This document shows positions 25,501 through 35,400 of a stretch of DNA of 64,000 nt, one piece after another; position 1 is the stretch's first letter, and every line of letters starts with the position of its first letter. A program made the translations under genes and the position numbers. Source of the stretch: Balanoglossus misakiensis. Lineage: Eukaryota > Animalia > Hemichordata. The notes under the pieces were generated by a model, which worked only from the letters and a program-made list of their open reading frames with translations, did not search any database and was not told where the DNA came from. The stretch spans positions 2,237,124 through 2,301,123 of the forward strand of contig CM082586.2 in assembly GCA_040954595.2 (NCBI GenBank), written 5' to 3'.

Positions 25501-27092
25501 TTTCCCAAATTTGTGACCACTGTTTGGTTGTAGCATCGCAGGGGTTTCTGAAGTTAATTAAGCGCCGTGTCGTAGATCACGAGATAGCAGGCATGGCAGT
25601 CAACTTCAGTGGCACCTGTGGTGTTTTCACGCAAATTGTTCTGTAGAAATCTCACTCGCTCAATTCTGTTATATTCAACCCAACAGACAGCATAAAAGAG
25701 ATTGACGAACCAGCCCAGGTGTACACGGCCCCCGAGCCAGTATTGCAAACGTCTGAGTGGTTTGTGACGCAGAACATAGCAGCTCTCAGAAGATTGCTGG
25801 GTAAGTGAAGTCAAGTTTGTAGTCATATTTTCATGAATCTACAGTATTTCCACATCCCCCTCCAAAAGAAATATAATACTGTAAGCATGTTCGAACTGAT
25901 GATTCTTTAAATTCTGATGACAGACAATAAAAATTCTCACTTTTTCAATTTATTTCCTTTCAGATGATGACGAAACACTTGGACTGACAAGACTTACAGA
26001 GCCTCACAAAAATGCTATTCGCGCTGTCCGAAAAATAAAATATTTTGTTGCTCGAAGGAAATTTAAAGAGGCATTCCGGCCGTACGATGTCAAAGACGTC
26101 ATTGAGCAATACTCAGCTGGCGCTGCTGAAATGCAATGTCGACTGAAAGCCATCCAGTCAAGGTGAGCCTCGTACACTGCAGCTTTCCTGTTATGAATCC
26201 CTTTGGATTTCACAATTTCACTGTCAAAATGTGGTGCAACATTTGTATCAATTTCGCACATTTTTCCTATTTTCCCCTTAATTTTAGACCAAGTGGACAT
26301 AATTATCCATTGCCTGCAGGTCTTGATCAAAATTTTAGAAAAAAATATGGTATTTGAGTTAATTTTGTGAAAAATAATGACAAGTTGACTATGGTCTTGA
26401 AAGGGTTAAAAGTATACCGCATCTGTGCAGAATTAGCCACAGTTGCCATGGAAAGATGAAATCTAGCCAATCACAGACAACTAAACATTATGCTTTTTGT
26501 TCCTTTCTATAGGTTGGATGAAATCCTTGGCCGGCAGGAAGGCAAAAACGGATACGAGTTGTACAACACCAAGGTTCCCATGATCACCAGGGTGGTGAAA
26601 ATCGAAAAGAAGGTCAACATGGTTGACCGGAAGTTGGACATGTTGATTGAACTTTACCGCGACGAGCGGCAGGAGAAACTCAAGCAGCAACAACAGAGCG
26701 ATAATCAGGGTGATCAGAGCGGGCAGGATAGCGACAAGGAGAGCAAGGACCCGCCGGCCCAGACGTCCCGAAATAGACGACTCGGCCGTGCCAGGAAGTT
26801 ATCCAGAGTGAAATCAGAGGGCTATCGCGCGCACGAAAATAACTCTGAACGACCGGAGCGAACCGGTCCCCGAGTTGAGTTCCGCAAGTTATCCGATTCC
26901 CAGCCGAGTATTCCTTCATCTGTGGACCTGGATAACATACAGAATGTGGCAAACACTCTCTCGCAGCCCTCGATTACGATGGAGGGCCAGAGCGAGTCGA
27001 GTATGTCGCTACCGACCACGAACGTTAAAGGAGTCGGGCGGGGGCAGAGCATTCCGGACTACGAGAATGCAATTGATGACACACGAGTCTAA
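16412..27092 (+). CDS. KCNQ: KCNQ/Kv7-family voltage-gated potassium channel (multi-exon, 5'-partial; overall span)
   Basis: Spliced GT-AG exons with consistent phases encode S1-S6, S4 '[31 protein letters not shown]', pore 'TTVGYGD', S6 '[18 protein letters not shown]', helix A 'LIQCVWRCY', helix B/C '[15 protein letters not shown]' and a helix D coiled coil. Stop TAA at 27090-27092. Exact paralog not assignable. Confidence 0.97.
16682..16808 (+). CDS. KCNQ: KCNQ exon (S2, S2-S3 linker), 127 nt
   Basis: ttgcag|GAA...CTA G|gtaagt; [42 protein letters not shown]. Confidence 0.96.
17115..17290 (+). CDS. KCNQ: KCNQ exon (S3-S4, S4-S5 linker), 176 nt
   Basis: ttacag|AT...CAG|gtaagc; [59 protein letters not shown]. 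Confidence 0.97.
17542..17670 (+). CDS. KCNQ: KCNQ exon (S5, turret, pore helix), 129 nt
   Basis: tttcag|GAA...TTG|gtaagt; [43 protein letters not shown]. Confidence 0.97.
17788..17898 (+). CDS. KCNQ: KCNQ exon (selectivity filter, S6), 111 nt
   Basis: tcacag|GTA...GCT|gtaagt; [37 protein letters not shown]. Confidence 0.97.
19599..19694 (+). CDS. KCNQ: KCNQ S6-gate/helix-A exon, copy a (96 nt; probably mutually exclusive with copy b)
   Basis: ctgtag|GGT...CAG|gttagt; [32 protein letters not shown]. Confidence 0.92.
19764..19859 (+). CDS. KCNQ: KCNQ S6-gate/helix-A exon, copy b (96 nt; probably mutually exclusive with copy a)
   Basis: atctag|GGT...CAG|gtaggt; [32 protein letters not shown]. 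Confidence 0.92.
19928..20073. mobile_element. Tc1/mariner pogo/Tigger-type MITE (degenerate)
   Basis: ta|catgtcaaacatgtctatagtggcc...ggtggccacttacacaggtttgactg|ta; CAGTCAAACCTGT-type TIR with TA flanks. Confidence 0.7.
20409..20497 (+). CDS. KCNQ: KCNQ exon (rest of helix A / IQ motif), 89 nt
   Basis: ttatag|TGC...AC|gtaagt; [29 protein letters not shown], completing IQxxWR. Confidence 0.95.
21424..21447 (+). CDS. KCNQ: Candidate KCNQ microexon, 24 nt (phase 2-2)
   Basis: Long pyrimidine tract, tttcag|GTACCGAACATCAGTTCTTCTTCG|gtaact; open in the KCNQ frame (YRTSVLL). Confidence 0.5.
22084..22098 (+). CDS. KCNQ: Candidate KCNQ microexon, 15 nt (phase 2-2)
   Basis: tttgtactgtttctgttattcag|GCCTGACGTTACAAG|gtaagc; strong donor, open in frame (PDVT). 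Confidence 0.65.
23179..23399 (+). CDS. KCNQ: KCNQ helix A-B linker exon, 221 nt
   Basis: ttgcag|A CAA...GAG G|gtgagt; [25 protein letters not shown]...SKNRDE; bridges phase 2 to phase 1 as the flanking exons require. Confidence 0.88.
24478..24498 (+). CDS. KCNQ: Candidate KCNQ microexon, 21 nt (phase 1-1)
   Basis: tttctttttcttcatttatttacgttgtcaag|ATGTTTCAAATGGAAGCGGAG|gtaatt; in frame DVSNGSG. Confidence 0.55.
24735..24827. mobile_element. ~90 bp piggyBac-like MITE (TTAA/CCC termini); dispersed family
   Basis: ttaa(a)ccctttcaccaccatggtttggtcc...gggggtgaaagggttaa; related copies near 7824-7901, 12697-12792, 31328-31380, 58138-58226 and 58788-58873. Confidence 0.7.
25687..25800 (+). CDS. KCNQ: Candidate KCNQ cassette exon, 114 nt (phase 1-1)
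   Basis: caacag|AC AGC...CTG G|gtaagt; open frame [38 protein letters not shown]. Confidence 0.65.
25964..26162 (+). CDS. KCNQ: KCNQ exon (helix B and helix C), 199 nt
   Basis: tttcag|AT...AG|gtgagc; [66 protein letters not shown]. Confidence 0.96.
26513..27092 (+). CDS. KCNQ: KCNQ terminal coding exon (helix D assembly coil and tail)
   Basis: ctatag|G TTG GAT...; LDEILGRQ...[25 protein letters not shown]...IDDTRV*; matches ORF 26490..27092. Confidence 0.93.
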
Positions 27093-27518
27093 CAGAGGTC
27101 ATATGATCTGAAACAGCACTACCCAGGGAGCCATATGTGGTCCAAATATCTTGCCAAAAGTAATACAAGTGTAGAGACAGCATTGCAAGGTTTACAACCG
27201 ATCGCGCCCCTGCCATTCCCCTAGAATGGAATAACCTGTTATTCATTGTTGTGATGGACTGGTTTATTTTACAGGAAATAGGGGAGTGGTGGGGTTTACA
27301 CTCAAGTCGGGAAAAGTACAGGTATCTTCCTGAAGTAATTTTTTAATGATAACAAACCCCAAAATCACATTTTATTCAGAGTGCGAATAGTGTGGGTGCG
27401 TTTCTCAATGACTGAAGAACTGTATGTGTGCTGAAAGATTGTTAAAAGTTTTGGAAAACAACATCATTTTTTTTTCACTTTCATCCAAATTTAACACTGA
27501 ATATATCACCCATTCTTA

Positions 27519-28702
27519 GGGACCGTTCAGTTTTTACGGCAGGGGGGGGGCTGGCAAGTTTGTGTCATCGGTTCTCAAAATCAGGCCGACCCCCCCTTCA
27601 CCCAGCCCCAAAAAATGATGACCCCCCCTTTGACAGACCCAAAAATATGATGACCCCCCCCCCACGCCGAAAACATTCGCCGTCCTGATCCTATGTATAC
27701 ACTGTATGCAATAAAGGGAATGGGGCTCCTCACCCCTCAATTATAAATTTCTTAAAGTAATTGAATTATTTAATAATATCGTTGCAATAAAGAAATCTAT
27801 TAACAAAATAAAATGACAAGTCACTACAATAGTTGGTAGAATTGGTAAAACAAGAAAAGTGGCGGGGGTGGGCGTGGGAGGGGGTGTCCCCCTCCGACAT
27901 AAGAAAAATTTGTAAAACACGGTGCTCAAAGTTGCATTTTAATGAACTCAAAAGCAAATAAAGTCAATGTTAGGCAGGACGAATTTTGATTTTGCCACTC
28001 CACTCAAAGTAAGCATAGGGGTGGGGTGGGAATAAGTCTGCCCTGGTACACTATACAAACCAGCGGATAAATGATATGATATGTTGCATAGAATGTAGGG
28101 GGTGGGTGTGGGAGGGGGTGTCCCCCTCCCACATAAGAAAATTTTGTAAAATATGTAGCTCAAAGTTGCATTTTTATGAACTCAAAAGCAAATTCATCTC
28201 AACGTTTGGGAGGACCAATTTTATTTTTTGCCATTCCACTCAAAGTTAGAAGATTTGGCGTCATCTTCGTCATGACATCATTTATAAAACTTCCAGCATA
28301 TAGAAGATGCAGCACGAAACTATCAGTTATGCAAAATGGTTTAAACGTTATTCTCCTTTATGTATTAACTTTGTTAAATATTATCATCAGTGGGTTTGGG
28401 GTGGCAAGCACTCTGCCCTGGTAGAATAGTCAAACCAGCAAAAATCGATATGTTGCAAAGAATGTAGGGGGTGGGTGTGGGAGGGGGTGTCCCCACTCCC
28501 ACGTTAGAAAATTTTGTAAAATAAAGGGCGCGAAACTGCAATTTTGAGGACTCAAAAGCAAAAGTTTGGTGGCAAAAGTATGTGACCCCCCCCTAAACGT
28601 TTAAAAAAAACAGATGACCCCCCCCTTTTGGACTTCAAAATTCAAGTGACCCCCCCCTGGATTTTGCCGGCCCCCCCCCGGCCGTAAAAACTGAACGGTC
28701 CC
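27519..28702. mobile_element. Non-autonomous PIF/Harbinger-type DNA transposon (1184 bp) in the presumed KCNQ 3' UTR
   Basis: Perfect 22-bp TIR GGGACCGTTCAGTTTTTACGGC / GCCGTAAAAACTGAACGGTCCC followed by G/C runs; TTA duplicated on both flanks (27516-27518, 28703-28705); three internal G-rich repeats near 27864, 28098 and 28467; no transposase ORF. Confidence 0.9.
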
Positions 28703-31327
28703 TTAGTATCACTCTTCACAGTCAAAAAACATCAGGGTTTTATTTTGGAATATTCAACTTTCACTGAAAAAAAACAAAACTAAGATAAGCAAACTTAGTA
28801 CTCTACTGTAATAACGAGGCTTCTTGTCAGATAATTAGTTTATTATAGTAAACACTACATGAGAAACAAACGCTGTATCATATGCCAATTTTAGAAATAT
28901 TGTATTTATTTCGTTTTGTACCGCACCAGAAACTACAAGTTGTTTAGGAATTTTTTTGCTACATATTGTAATGTTCACCATTGCATCGACTTTCAAACGT
29001 GCAATTTTCTTATATTTTCATGTGACAAGTTTACTGATTTTTGGCAAAATGCATACCGGCCGAAGTTCCTTACAAGCACGACTCAGTGCGTAGTAAATGT
29101 TTTTAAAAATTCAGAGAATTTCCCATATGTAGTCTGCACAAGACATTATCCAGCATTCAGCTTTTGAAAGGTCATACTGATGTCAAATTATTCATGTTTT
29201 ATACACATATATGCTCTATAATGTTGTAAATAATATCACTCTATAGGGCGTGGCTAGTTTTTACAATTTATATGTTAACGAGTCACTTAATCAGGTTATG
29301 ATTTTTGAAGGAATAAGTTATTCTTTTAATACATACGTACATACACACACACACACACATGAATGCCCCTATATACATCCACACACACGGATATTCATGC
29401 AATGCACACAAATCCATGTACGCTGTATCAACACATAGACAACAATAGATTAATAGACCAGTAGCTTATACATTTTTAATTTTGCCAGGTTTGGCCACTC
29501 CAGTGGCAATACTTCTCCACTTCAGACTTCCGGTGATGGTTACGGCAGAATTTACAAAAAAAAATCTTTACATTTGGAATTTTAAGTATCTGTACATTCT
29601 GTTTCTTCTGTTGCTTAGTAACCTATGTCAAAGAGCATCCAGATTCTGTGGAGACTCACAGTGTGTGATAGTAGGAGAGGATGATTTCCTTTTTAATTGT
29701 GGAGATGGGTTTTCTTTCTATCTCCATATATTGACTGTGCCCACATTCCAAAATGCTTCTCACGGAAATATTTCAAAGTACATGTTTAGCTTGTCAGGTT
29801 GTCTGTTGTTCAACAGTTAAAAAGAAACATGTTTTAAGAATTGCAGAGTGTAATTTCCAGAAGAAAATAAGAGAGAAAGGACACACGAATACAATTTTTA
29901 CAAAAAATGACAAGTTCACATTTGTTTCATCTTTCATCAAGTATTGCGTACAATTCATTTGATACTAATGTGCTCTGAAAAAAATAGTTGATAAATTCTG
30001 CAATATCGTGTCACCTAAAAAAAACAGCAACTCTCTCTCTCTGCTTCTCCAGTGCATACTTTTCAGTAGAGAGGCATTTTATTTCTCTTTACAGACTTTG
30101 TCATTTAGAAGTGCTTTTAACAATGATCTTTCTGCTTGATGCGTCCGACTAAGGGGCCAAAGATGGCCAGTTCTTTGCGAGAAACGGTGTTGCTACGGTG
30201 ACGGTGATTATTAAGTTAATTTTTTAGATAGTTTAATAATAGCAATTAGTTGAGTTGAGGTTTCTGAAGATTTACTGATAGTGGCCGGGTTTTATTAGTG
30301 CAGAAGTGGTTTGCATTTATTTGGTTATATTAAGGTAAATAGGGTGTTTTATGAAATATAAAGTTTCAATATTATGCGTCCCCCTACACCACATCGACTG
30401 CCCTAAAGCTGTTTCGACCCTCATTTCATCAACTGCAAATGGTTCTATGCATTGAAATGATTTCCTTGTCTGGTCTTGATATTTATCTAACTTGTTTGAA
30501 CTTCCTTGCAAGTTAGAGTTCCATTGACAGAATCTTAACAGAAGCATAAACGTAGAAAATGCACCAAGACACACGAACTAAGACACTCACTGACGAAACA
30601 TACATTCTCATGCACTCACACCTGCGTACGGACACAGTGAAAATTTAAAAAAAAATTCAGAATTTGAATATTGTATGAGTGGAATTTAACTAGAATATTA
30701 CGGCTGAATGCTGCCAATTTATGAAGTTGTACAGATTTGTTCATATTTTGACCAATCAGTAACACTATTTCTCATTATGTAATTTTTCTCTTCAAAGTAG
30801 TATTTGAAATGTAAATTTCATAGAGTAATCGTCAAATCAAGGCAGGCCTTGGACCAGGCAGCAAATTATGATATATCCTCCCATATCTCCCAGTTCTTAG
30901 AATTTAGCCAACTTAGGGATAAAAAAATCAATAAAAAGATTTCCCAGTTTTTAGGCAAATAAATACAGATTCTGGCCTGTGCAAGAGTTGGGTCTCCTTT
31001 ATTTCATGTCTTTGTACATTTTGTGGTCATTTCTGGAAGCACATGTCATTTTCTGTCATTTATAGTGTGTTTATAGGGGCAAAAAAAAGCAATAGGTAGC
31101 AGGCGATTGACTCCTTAATGTAGCCTGCCCACCCCCATTTGCTCCACAAAGTATTCCGACCCACCTTAGTCAAACTGTTAGGACTGCACTTATTTCTGGG
31201 GGAAAACTGGGGTGGACAGGTTGCTGTGTAAGTAATTTTTCTATCAATTTCTGGTGTATCTCATTTCACTACATACTCCAGCTCATTCTAGCTTGAACAC
31301 TTGAGAGGACTGAAGGAGACATGTTTT

Positions 31328-31380
31328 TTAACCCTTTCACCACCATGGACCTCGATAGAGGGAACTGGGGGTGAAAGGGT
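31328..31380. mobile_element. Internally deleted copy of the ~90 bp TTAA MITE
   Basis: ttaaccctttcaccaccatgg...gagggaactgggggtgaaagggt; shares both ends with 24735-24827. Confidence 0.65.
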
Positions 31381-32331
31381 CAGAGCAGAGGAAATTATTT
31401 GGCAAACCTTTGTGGTTATTGTGAGAAAAAATAATGCAGATGCTATGGGTGAAGCAGTTAAAACCACCCATTCATGAACACACATTGTTGGAGTTTTTGT
31501 ATCTATTTGTCATGTATTTTATACAGGACTAGTGTTAGGCAATTTTTCTAGGCTGATCAACTTGCCGATCAAGAGAATTTTTGTTATCCTAAATTTAATT
31601 TGCAACATCACTTCTCACAACAGTGATGGAATATTTAACAGCCATGAGTTGGGAAAAAGTGTTTGTGAGAAAAAAAATTGAAGTGTTGTATTAAGATGTA
31701 TCTTTTATAATCTGAGCATGCGTGTAAGAAAAAACAGTTGTAGACTAGTAAGCTTTTTTCCTAACAATGTGTGTGACAGCATTCTGCTTGTTGCGTGCCC
31801 TCATTCACATTTTGAGACTGGGCCAGCAAAATGTTCCATCAAATGACAGGTCAAAGGTCAGGTTAAAGGTCAGGAAACCATGACGGGCCACTTTGATGCT
31901 GGATGCTCAATACAGAACAGAACAGTCAAAAATCTGCCAGATAATTTCCCTCTCCACCCACAGTGACCTAGTCTGTCAAATTTGCTTCTCGTAAGACGAA
32001 CTGGTAATGCCATAGTGAAGAACCCCCATTTATAACCCACAATGTATATGTATATAAATATATATATATATATATAGAATGACTTCCCTTATTCTAGAGA
32101 TTTATGTTTTTTCTACAGCGGTTGAAAATGTGATTCCTCTTATCTGATCTGCCAAATGTCAAATATTTGCTTAAAAAAACAAGAACTTTTTTCTCCTACA
32201 TGGATTTTCTGTAAATGAGAATATGCTGTGTATATTTAATATAAGTTAGTACACAGGCACCACGCAGGTAAGATTTACTAATGACATATTATAATTTGGC
32301 TTTGTAACCTGACCAAAGTCATTTTTATCAA

Positions 32332-32400
32332 ATTAAATTAAAATATTTCTGAAAGCATCAAGATGGTGTGCGTTTTCTTTGTCGTGAGAGTGTGTATGGC
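32332..32400 (+). terminator. Probable distal KCNQ poly(A) signal and GU-rich downstream element
   Basis: Overlapping ATTAAA hexamers at 32332-32337 and 32337-32342, upstream TGTA motifs, downstream ggtgtgcgttttctttgtcgtgagagtgtgt. Confidence 0.55.
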
Positions 32401-32409
32401 TGGTTCCTT

Positions 32410-35400
32410 TAAAAAAATGACAAAATCCGAAGACTCGCAAATTAAATTTTTTTTTTACTTTTTCATAGGTTTCATGAGCTATAACCCATGAAAAACGTCC
32501 AAAAATGACAAAAGACCAAAATTCTCAAATTCGAGAATTTGTGACTTTTTCGCAGTATTCATGGGCTGTAACCAATGAAAAACGTCCAAAAAATGAAGAA
32601 ATTTCGAAGTTTCGCAAAGTCGAAAAATCGTCATTTTTTGATGATTTTCATGAGCTATAACCCATGGTTTTTAAAAAAAAATGAAGACATTTTGATATTT
32701 CGCAAAGTCGAAAAATTGTCATTTTTGGATGATTTTCATGAGCTATAACCCATGGTTTTTTCAAAAAAATGAAGAAATTTTGATATTTCGCAAAGTCGAA
32801 AAATTGTCATTTTTGGATGATTTTCATGTGCTATAACCCATGGTTTTTTCAAAAAAATGAAGAAATTTTGATATTTCGCAAAGTCGAAAAATTCTCATTT
32901 TTTGATGATTTTCCTGAGCTATAACCCATGGTTTTTATGAAAAAATCACCAAATTTCGAAAATTCCCAAAGTCGAAAAATGGTCGATTTTTCGCGATTTT
33001 CCTGAGCTATAACCCATGGTTTTTATGAAAAAATCACCAAATTTCGAAAATTCCCAAAGTCGAAAAATGGTCGATTTTTCGCGATTTTCCTGAGCTATAA
33101 CCCATGGTTTTTGTCAGAAAACCACCAAATTTCGAAAATTCGCAAAGTCGAAAAATTGTCATTTCTGGATGATTTTCCTGAGCTATAACCCATGGTTTTT
33201 TTAAAAAAATGAAGAAATTTTGATATTTCGAAAAGTCGAAAAATTGTCATTTCTGGATGATTTTCATGAGCTATAACCCATGGTTTTTTCAAAAAAATGA
33301 AGAAATTTTGATATTTCGCAAAGTCGAAAAATTGTCATTTTTGGATGATTTTCATGAGATATAACCCATGGTTTTTTCAAAAAAATGAAGAAATTTTGAT
33401 ATTTCGCAAAGTCGAAAAATTCTCATTTTTTGATGATTTTCCTGAGCTAAAACCCATGGTTTTTATGAAAAAATCACCAAATTTCGAAAATTCCCAAAGT
33501 CGAAAAATGGTCGATTTTTCGCGATTTTCCTGAGCTATAACCCATGGTTTTTATGAAAAAATCACCAAATTTCGAAAATTCCCAAAGTCGAAAAATGGTC
33601 GATTTTTCGCGATTTTCCTGAGCTATAACCCATGGTTTTTGTCAGAAAACCACCAAATTTCGAAAATTCGCAAAGTCGAAAAATTGTCATTTCTGGATGA
33701 TTTTCATGAGCTATAACCCATGGTTTTTGTCAGAAAACCACCAAATTTCGAAAATTCGCAAAGTCGAAAAATTGTCATTTCTGGATGATTTTCATGAGCT
33801 ATAACCCATGGTTTTTGTCAGAAAACCACCAAATTTCGAAAATTCGCAAAGTCGAAAAATTGTCATTTCAGGATGATTTTCATGAGCTATAACCCATGGT
33901 TTTTGTCAGAAAACCACCAAATTTCGAAAATTCGCAAAGTCGAAAAATTATCATTTCTGGATGATTTTCATGAGCTATAACCCATGGTTTTTGTGAGAAA
34001 ACCACCAAATTTCGAAAATTCGCAAAGTCGAAAAATTGTCATTTCTGGATGATTTTCATGAGCTATAACCCATGGTTTTTGTCAGAAAACCACCAAATTT
34101 CGAAAATTCGCAAAGTCGAAAAATTGTCATTTCTGAATGATTTTCATGAGCTATAACCCATGGTTTTTGTCAGAAAACCACCAAATTTCGAAAATTCGCA
34201 AAGTCGCAAAATTCTCGTTTCTGGATGATTTTCATGAGCTATAACCCATGGTTTTTGTCAGAAAACCACCAAATTTCGAAAATTCGCAAAGTCGAAAAAT
34301 TGTCCTTTCTGGATGATTTTCATGAGCTATAACCCATGGTTTTTGTCAGAAAACCACCAAATTTCGAAAATTCGCAAAGTCGAAAAATTGTCATTTCTGG
34401 GTGATTTTCATGAGCTATAACCCATGGTTTTTGTCAGAAAACCACCAAATTTCGAAAATCCGCAAAGTCGAAAAATTGTCATTTCTGGGTGATTTTCCTG
34501 AGCTATAACCCATGGTTTTTGTCAGAAAACCACCAAATTTCGAAAATTCGCAAAGTCGAAAAATTGTCATTTCTGGGTGATTTTCATGAGCTATAACCCA
34601 TGGTTTTTGTCAGAAAACCACCAAATTTCGGAAATTCGCAAAGTCGAAAAATTGTCATTTCTGGATGATTTTCATGAGCTATAACCCATGGTTTTTGTCA
34701 GAAAACCACCAAATTTCGAAAATTCGCAAAGTCGAAAAATTGTCATTTCTGGGTGATTTTCATGAGCTATAACCCATGGTTTTTGTCAGAAAACCACCAA
34801 ATTTCGAAAATTCGCAAAGTCGAAAAATTGGCATTTCTGAGTGATTTTCATGGGCTATAACCCATGGTTTTTGTCACAAAACCACCAAATTTCGAAAATT
34901 CGCAAAGTCGAAAAATTGTCATTTCTGGATGATTTTCATGAGCTATAACCCATGGTTTTTGTCAGAAAACCATCAAATTTCGAAAATTCGCAAAGTCGAA
35001 AAATTGTCATTTCTGGGTGATTTTCATGAGCTATAACCCATGGTTTTTGTCAGAAAACCACCAAATTTCGAAAATTCGCAAAGTCGAAAAATTGTCATTT
35101 CTGGGTGATTTTCATGAGCTATAACCCATGGTTTTTGTCAGAAAACCACCAAATTTCGAAAATTCGCAAAGTCGAAAAATTGTCATATCTGGATAATTTT
35201 CGTGAGCTATAACCCATGGTTTTTGTCAGAAAACCACCAAATTTCGAAAATTCGCAAAGTCGAAAAATTGTCATATCTGGATAATTTTCGTGAGCTATAA
35301 CCCATGGTTTTTGTCAGAAAACCACCAAATTTCGAAAATTCGCAAAGTCGAAAAATTGTCATTTCTGGATGATTTTCATGAGCTATAACCCATGGTTTTT

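Noticed and set aside
26004-27246. Antisense and alternative-frame ORFs over the KCNQ C-terminal exons
   Set aside because: They are shadows of GC-richer coding sequence.
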